Positions 1 through 9,000 of a stretch of 64,000 nt of DNA are shown piece by piece (the first letter of the stretch is position 1; the number at the start of each line of letters is the position of its first letter). The stretch comes from Ostrea edulis (Eukaryota): NCBI RefSeq assembly GCF_947568905.1, contig NC_079169.1:47120001-47184000 (forward strand). The letters are read 5' to 3'. The notes below the pieces were generated by a model. It ran no database searches, was not told the origin of the DNA, and was given only the letters and a program-made list of their open reading frames with translations. A program made the position numbers and the translations under genes.

Positions 1-54
1 CTCCCACGTATCCTGGTGGATGAGTTGGTGGTCCATTTCTTGTTGCATACACAT
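1..54 (-). CDS. cntn: contactin exon 18 (partial), FN3-2 start (VYATRNGPPTHPPGYVG)
   Basis: ttttgtatttcag| acceptor, phase 1; truncated by the window edge. Confidence 0.88.
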   Translation of the reverse strand, partial: MCMQQEMDHQLIHQDTWE

Positions 55-3000
55 CTGAAATACAAAACTAATGAAGTAGAATCCTTGCATTTTGATGGTA
101 CTAATGTAAATATATACACTGTATGTGTACTTTGTTGAACTATAAAACAACAACCCGTTACCAGAGGGTCTACTGCGCGGACCGACGCCGTAGCTGTTAG
201 TTGAGTATACACGGAAGCGGTAGCCACTTCCGGGATTCAATCCAATGACTTCTACAACGCGTTTGCTAGAGTCACCCCCAGGTATGATGGATGAAATATC
301 CGAGACATCTACAAAAGCAATTCGTTGTTTACTTTGAGTGTTTAGGAGTGGGGAAAATATTTCCAATGATATATTGACGTAAACGTCTTTTTGAACTTAA
401 TTTGTTCAAAAACATGTGAACGTAAATTGCACTATAAACTTACAATCAATGGCTATATACCACTCATCTGACGTGACAGGTTGAGCTTCTACAGTGTGAA
501 ATAATAAAATGGCTCCGTTTGAAGTCCCTACTGTCCAAGACAATCGCATGGAGGAACTTCCAATGGTGTTTTGGACCACAAATACACCTGACGCTTCACT
601 GGGCGGACCTGATCAGGAACAATGACTGTCACATGTATATTCTCATGACAAAATGTTTTAAAAGCATATCACAACTACATCCGTTGTGGCATGATTGCGG
701 TGTATGGTTGACAAAATTTACCAAATTTGACGCCTAGCTATAGCTATTTGTTAGAATTATTGAATAGGACTAACCCAGCACAGTGACTACAGCCCAGGAC
801 TCGAATTTTTCTCTTGTTGTCTGCGCTCTGCATGTGTATTTCCCGCTGTGCTTAAATTGTGTAGCCATGACAAACAGTCCTGTCAGCGATTGTGACTCGC
901 CCTGTGGAACATAGACACATTTTATGAATTAGATGATTAAACTCGTATATCTATTCAAAGAAAATAATTCTACAGAGACAAAATTGTGCATTTTAGAATT
1001 GCTGTATCTTTTGTTGATTTACATTACATACCTGTTTGTAGAACAGATTGTTCGTGTCAATTATTTCGTCATTGAATAGCCATGTGTAGATGACATCTTG
1101 TAGTGGACTGTATGATGCTTGACATCTCAAAAAGGCTGTCTGGTTCACCCTGACCTGAGTATTTACTGGGGGTAAATTTATTACAACCTGATCTGAAAAC
1201 ATAGATCTGTATAGATTCACATTAGGTCAACTTATGTAAGTATAATTCTCTATTTATATAAGTGCTGCATTCCATCAATTGTTTGTCAATGATGCATTTT
1301 TTACAATAATTTGCTGAATAGATAATTTTCATTACCTGCTATTTGCAGATATCCTGTACTGGAGGTCATTCCGAACATGTTCTCTACCCGACACGTGTAA
1401 TATCCAACGTCTCCAGCATTGATGTTGGTAATCAACAGGTTCCCGTTCTGTAACATCCGAATGCGTGACGTGGTATCCCCTGGACTCAGTCCCATATCAA
1501 CATTGTTCCTCAGCCAAGAGAATGTGGGAGTTGGAGCGGCTTCCGGATTACAGAGGTAAGTGATGTTGCCACCAACGGCACCAAACATTTTGTCCACCAA
1601 GGGTTCCTTTGCAAATGTTGGTATAAATGCTGGAATGAGGTAGTCGTACATATATGTTATTTTATTTTGTTTGCATAACAGCAGAAAAGGGATTTTTGTG
1701 GTAACAAAGGTTGTATTTTAAAAAGCAGTTTGTTCAAATATACATCAGAAGGCTGTAGATGAATATTCCTAAGCTATTGTAGGAAAGAGAAAAATGTTTA
1801 GATCAGCTGGAGATTGAACCCAGGACCATACAGCACTACTAGTCAGGAATCTATTCACTGGCCTAACTAGGCCGTCATACAGCACTACTAGTCAGGAATC
1901 TATTCACTGGGCTAACTAGGCCGTCATACAGCACTACTAGTCAGGAATCTATTCACTGGGCTAACTAGGCCGTCATACAGCACCACTAGTCAGGAATCTA
2001 TTCACTGGGCTAATTAGGCCGTTATACAGCACCACTAGTCAGGAATCTATTCACTGGGCTAACTAGGCCGTCATACAGCACTACTAGTCAGGAATCTATT
2101 CACTGGGCTAACTAGGCCGTCATACAGCACCACTAGTCAGGAATCTATTCACTGGGCTAATTAGGCCGTCATACAGCACCACTAGTCAGGAATCTATTCA
2201 CTGGGCTAACTAGGCCGTCATACAGCACTACTAGTCAGGAATCTATTCACTGGGCTAACTAGGCCGTCATACAGCACCACTAGTCAGGAATCTATTCACT
2301 GGGCTAATTAGGCCGTCATACAGCACTACTAGTCAGGAATCTATTCACTGGGCTAACTAGGCCGTCATACAGCACCACTAGTCAGGAATCTATTCACTGG
2401 GCTAACTAGGCCGTCATACAGCACTACTAGTCAGGAATCTATTCACTGGGCTAACTAGGCCGTCATACAGCACCACTAGTCAGGAATCTATTCACTGGGC
2501 TAATTAGGCCGTCATACAGCACCACTAGTCAGGAATCTATTCACTGGGCTAACTAGGCCGTCATACAGCACTACTAGTCAGGAATCTATTCACTGGGCTA
2601 ACTAGGCCGTCATACAGCACCACTAGTCAGGAATCTATTCACTGGGCTAATTAGGCCGTCATACAGCACTACTAGTCAGGAATCTATTCACTGGGCTAAC
2701 TAGGCCGTCATACAGCACCACTAGTCAGGAATCTATTCACTGGGCTAACTAGGCCGTCATACAGCACTACTAGTCAGGAATCTATTCACTGGGCTAACTA
2801 GGCCGTCATACAGCACTACTAGTCAGGAATCTATTCACTGGGCTAACTAGGCCGTCATACGAAGTATATAGTACTTGATATTACAACAATATAAAATGTA
2901 AACCCTTTTCATACCAAACCAAAACTCTTCATATGGAGGAGATTACAAAATAATTCAGGGAAAAAAGGACAAAATGGTAGTGTATGACCTGAATGTATCC

Positions 3001-6000
3001 AATGCATACTAGAAACAAAATATATTTCATGAACAAAACGGCAAATCACTAGAATTCTGGTATCATTTTAAAGGACTTGATAATGCAAAATTATTTATCT
3101 AGATAAATTCTTTGATTGATCATTCCTCATTAAACTTTGCATTGATAGTTATGGGACCACCAATTCTACATGTATATACGTGAAAATAAGGACGAATCTG
3201 AACAAAGTTTATGGTAAAAAGGTGCATTTTGCCTCTAGGAATGAGTTTCTTTATCAATTTACCTCGCGGATTTTTTTTTTAAACAAGGAGAATAATTTAT
3301 TTTAGAACGTTCAAAATCACCTAATAACCCATATCTAAAAAAACGTGTACGGAAAATATATTGATTTGTGGTTTAGTCTTATTTGAAAATTGTGGATTTT
3401 GGGGTTGATATGGGTCGAATATCTTACCATTGTAGTACACAATATTTGATATCGCTTATAATGCAAATTAAACAAATATTGTATCGAATATTTAGGTGAA
3501 ATGTTCATGATGATTTCATTCATTAACAATTTACCCGATGAATTCTTTATGAGGCTAAAGGACAGTGGATACTCTTAAAACTACTTTACACAAGGCTTTA
3601 TTATTGCTAAAACGCTTATCTGGTAAAGGTTTCCCTACAATTCCTGCATTTTGATCAAACGTTGAATCGTCATAATTGTACTAGAATCCAATTGAGCAGT
3701 ATATAGATATTGAAATCACTACTACAGATGTTAATGAAATTGATATATTTCGTGTATTTATGATTGGTTTTACATTGTGATAAAAATATACATGTATATT
3801 ATCGTATACATGTATTTCTTTTTTCTCTGGAATGTGTGCGTATTCATTGATCACTTTATTGAGATGTACATGGAGTACCTAACACTCTTAGCTGCCCTTC
3901 AGTGAACGATTTTCCATAGAAATTTTCAGCAGAACATTGGTACATCCCATTGTCGCTTGTCTCCAGGTTCTGTATCGTCAATACATTTCTGACAATACTC
4001 AGCTTTCCCGGAACAGCGACCAAGGGTACTCCGTCTTTAAACCATTCATATACCGGTTCTGGTATAGCCGTCGCTTCGCATCTCCACGTTAACTTGCTTC
4101 CAATGTCAACATGTTGATGTTTCAGAGGATAACTGAAAAATGGCTTTGCTAAAATCAAGAAATACAAAAAGTAATCCAAAAATTACCTCGTAGTACATGA
4201 AATAGAACATCTTTTATTTCCAAAGATCTGCACTTCTTAAGCTGGCGCTTTAAAGCTAAAGTGATAAAGTTTCATTAAACATCACTTGAAAACAGGGGTG
4301 ATGATTTAATCTGTATTCAAATGTAGGCGTGACATTGTTTGTCCCATAATTACCGGTATAACTGTCATTCCTTTATCTCCATTGTAACTAACATGTTTAC
4401 TTCTGGTGCTATCGGATGCCCTCTGTGTACTGAATATCTTCAGTGTAGTAAACACACGGCTGAATAGACATCTTTGTGGGGTTTTACGTGGTAATTTTTT
4501 TTAATTCCCCATGTATTTTTATGGTCTTTTATTGGATTGAATAGAAACTGTTCTAGAAACCTTTGACACTTTGTAAAAGCTTCCATTCCAGAATGAATCG
4601 TTTGACTATCAATATGAAATTAAACTTACATTCGATGAACAAAGTGATATTTTTCTGTGCTCTTGCCACGGTGTATCTTGAAGCGTGACATACGTAGGTA
4701 CCGCCATCTTCAAGATGGACATCTTCAATGACCAACACACGGTTATGATCTGTGACAGTTGCCCTTGGTGACATTGGGAGACCATCACGTGACCAACTGT
4801 ATGTTATTGGCATTCTAACAAGAGAAGATAGAGAAACCGATTTGTGAAGTATATGTAGAATGTATTCAATGACATAAACGATATTTTACTCTCTAGAGCG
4901 TTTACTTCACGTTGGAGAGGCCCGGGTTCAATTCCTGACATGACGGACCTGAGACGTTTCATGTACATGTAAAATAGGTGGCGACTGTTCATTTGATAAA
5001 CGGTCGGCATTAGAAGTGACAGTCACCGGTCTTTCGAATGAGGCATTAAAAACTTAGGTCCCATGTCACGGTGGGCGTCTGTACATTAGAGAGCTGTCAT
5101 GTTCAGCTGAATGAATTGACGAGCAGAGGTAAAATTTGTAGCACTTCACCTACAGCTGGTGACTATCTGTTTAAGTGAAATATTCTCGAGGGAACATGAA
5201 CTACAAACAACCAGTAACTGCACAGCTATTTTCCTTCTTCTAGAAGTCTCTTCGACTGCTTTTACAAAATAATGAGAATATTAATACACGTAGATTTAAA
5301 CCAACACAACTACGGTTGATATATTTTGTTTGTATTGTTACAATATATCCTGTCACTTAGGTTGTTTAGCAGGAAGAAATTCAAACACCTCATGTTACCC
5401 GTGACTCAGACTACATGTGTGATAAACACGTCATGTTACCCGTGACTCAGACTACATATGTGATAAACACGTCATGTTACCCGTGACTCAGACTGCATAT
5501 GTGATAAACACGTCATGTTACCCGTGACTCAGACTACATATGTGATAAACGCGTCATGTTACCCGTGACTCAGACTACATATGTGATAAACGCGTCATGT
5601 TACCCGTGACTCAGACTACATATGTGATAAACACGTCATGTTACCCGTGACTCAGACTACATATGTGATAAACACGTCATGTTACCCGTGACTCAGACTA
5701 CATATGTGATAAACACGTCATGTTACCCGTGACTCAGACTACATATGTGATAAACACGTCATGTTACCCTTGACTCAGACTGCATATGTGATAAACACGT
5801 CATGTTACCCGTGACTCAGACTGCATATGTGATATCGTTTGATTTTCTTACGTTCCAAAGGCAAGGCACTCCAAGTATACTCTCTGACCTTTTTGGGGAG
5901 TTCTGGGATACACAGAAATGAACTCATTAGAAATTTCTGGACCCCAAACAGTGGGAACTGAAATAAGTAACATTCTTGTTGTAATGTATGATACTCGCCT

Positions 6001-9000
6001 AAAATGAATAATTACATACAGATATGCACATACGTATCAAAAGCAGTACATTATGCAGTTTTGTCGGTATTGAAAATACTTGTACTGGCACAGAATCATT
6101 CTGTTAATTATCTAATATATGTTAATACGAATCACTGCTAATAAATAGATATCACCAGCGTTGAGAACATTGAGGGGTGTTGGTAGACTGGTTCTGCTTG
6201 GTGGCTGGTCAGTCCCAATCGCGGAGCCACTATTGGCCGTCAGTTTGACGATACATCTGTAGTTTCCAATATCAACAGTGGACACTTCGGAGAAATACAG
6301 CTTCCCATTGCGGGAAATGAAGATATAGTTATGAAGGTCTGGCCGGACGAATTGTTTGTCGTCTTTGTACCACTGGTACGATACGGCTACAATCAAAATG
6401 ATCGTTATCTTACTGCAATATCTCTGAAACGTTTGTACATGTAATATAGTGTTGGATATTATTTTTGGTTTTAGTATTTATATAATAGTTAATAGGTATT
6501 TTATGACAAAAAGTAAAAAAAAAAAAAATATTTGTAGGATACAGGTGCTAATCTAGAAGTCCTTTATGTGTTGAGTTAGCAGCATTTCTCTAAACAGGCC
6601 TTACATCATCTTGTTACATTAAAAAAAGTTCCAGGGAAAGCCTGACCTGTGGTATTATGATGGGGGCCACAATAGAAAGTTTTACACGGAATATTTTACA
6701 CAAAAAAATCTCACCAAAGAACCTCATGAGTACCTTTTGTCAAATGAATTCCACGCTGTGAACATTTTGGTTGGTCAGATTATATAGCCCCACAAAATAA
6801 GATAGCTTAGTTTTACATGGTAATGCAAGATAATTGGGGGGGGGGGGGGGGTTAAACCTGTAATATGTCAAATCAATCATGCAGTCTTGTAGAATATATT
6901 GAAGGTGGATTTCTACATCTCCATCTTATTTAAAGGCTCATTTAAGCATCTCGTAGGAGTATGATTTCACCATAAATTCAAAATAAACTTAGGTGACCTA
7001 TTGCATTTGTCTGCGTCCATCGTCGAGGTGACCTATTGCATTTGTCTGCGTCCATCGTCGTGCATCATCCGTCACCAGTCGTGCATTAACAATTGTATAT
7101 TTTTAACTTCTTGATAACTACCATTCCAATTCTTTTCAAATTTGGTATGAAGCATCTTTTGGACAAGGAGGACATAAATTGTGAACATTAGAACATTTCT
7201 AACTTCTTCTTGATGACTACCATTCCAATTCCTTTCAAATTTTGTATGAAGAACCTTTGGGACAAAGGGGACGTGAATTGTAAATTTTAGGACTCCTGGG
7301 GCCTTCGGGGCGTGGCAAAAACTGTCAAAATTTATCAATTTTCAAAAATCTTCTAAGTCTCTACAACCACACATGCGTAAGAAAAACTAAATGCATATTG
7401 GTGTAGAACAGGAAAGCCTCTACTAAAATTGCAAATTTTATGATCCCCGGGGTAGAGGTTCTGACTCCAGGGCGGGAACAAACTTGGTATATAGTGGTAA
7501 TGTGTAAAACACTTTTAAAAATAACGTCTTCGTTGGTGCTATTGATAGTAAATGGATATTTAGAAAAAACAGGTAGTCCTTTACCAAAATTGTAATTTTT
7601 ATTATCCCAGGGGTAGGGGTTTTGGTATCAGGGTGGGGCCAAAATGGTTACTTATTAAATGTGTGAAAAATAGAACTGTTTTAACTTCTTGATAACTACC
7701 ATACCAATCCCTTTCAAATTTGGTATGAAGCATCTTTGGGACAAGGAGGACATACATTATAAATTTCAGGACTCCTGGGGCCTTAGGAGTGGGGCAAAAA
7801 CTGCCAACACATCTTGTTTTATACTGCTGCTGAATGTTAGAATTTAGCTTAGATATTTTCAGAACAGGAAATTTTTTTCTAGATTTTTAGCTCTTAAGAC
7901 TAGTTCTCAGGTGACCGATAGGGCCTTGTGGGCCTCTTGTTATATGATTTTAGCGTTTCCCCCGGAAAAAACGAAGTGTTTTGTTTGTAAATAAGAGACT
8001 CTGTTGTCCAAATTTCACTGTGATATGGATATCTGATAAAACATGTCTAAAAGACTCAAATAGATGGTATATTCCTCTAAAATAAAAAATATGCATGAAA
8101 ATTTAAAATGTTACTTATTAATATTTTTAGAATATGAGGATTATAAGAAAAATGTCATTTATAAAAATATACATTCGACAAATATCTTTTAAATAGAAAT
8201 TGAAATGGAATGGCCAAAATTCAGAAATATTGTGATTATCCAAATGTGAACCAAGTCTGATCGGAATTATAGAAACATGCCATTTTAATCAAAAACTACA
8301 TTCCTTTGTTGTACGATGGTTCACAAAATAAATGAAATTATAAACTAAACTAATTTCTTCATGACAAATGCATCAAATAATTAACAATTGATTATTTTAG
8401 TATTTTCGGTCAATTTTGATTGGGAGGGTACTTTTTCCCCGGGTTTAGTTCAAATTTAAAAAACAAAATGCAATATATTTCTTAAATTGGTCATTTCATT
8501 TCAATATGTTTTTGAAATATGTTTGTCTAATCTATTTTTTTTTCAACTGACATGTTTAGTGACGATTTTTGCCGTGTATTTAAAAATGTTAACACATTAT
8601 GTTTTTCATTTTCATAAATATTTTTTATTTTAAAAATTAGATCGTCTACATGGCGCTTCTTGGCATTTTCTATTAGATATTTATATCAAGTATCAAATCA
8701 ATTTTGGATTCCAAAACTTCTTATTTGCAACTAAACACTTTTTTACTATATACATGTATAGAAATCATGAAAGAAGAAGTGAGAGCTTGCATCACTCTTT
8801 CGATGGTGAACAGATACCTCTTATGAGATGCTTTAACAAGCTATTGAATAAAACTTTGGTATAGCGGTCCACCTTAAATTTGTTCTAACCATGACACCCG
8901 AGGCCAAGGTGATACCATAGTGGGGTTTAAACTTTAACGTTATAATGTAAAACTTATACGGTACCAATTTTGATGCACCAGATGCGCATTTCGACAAATA

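Noticed and set aside
519-737. + strand 72-aa ORF
   Set aside because: Antisense shadow of contactin FN3 exon 444-608.
1802-1875. Functional tRNA-Thr gene
   Set aside because: Anticodon and acceptor stems do not pair properly and the A box is degenerate; this is a SINE-type relic.
1827-2860. CRISPR-like array (also considered for 5391-5834 and 36203-36800)
   Set aside because: Units are contiguous with no unique spacers, there are no cas genes, and the DNA is intron-rich eukaryotic sequence.
7072-7338. ORF with an internally repeated peptide
   Set aside because: Translation of the internal repeats of a HINE-like element.
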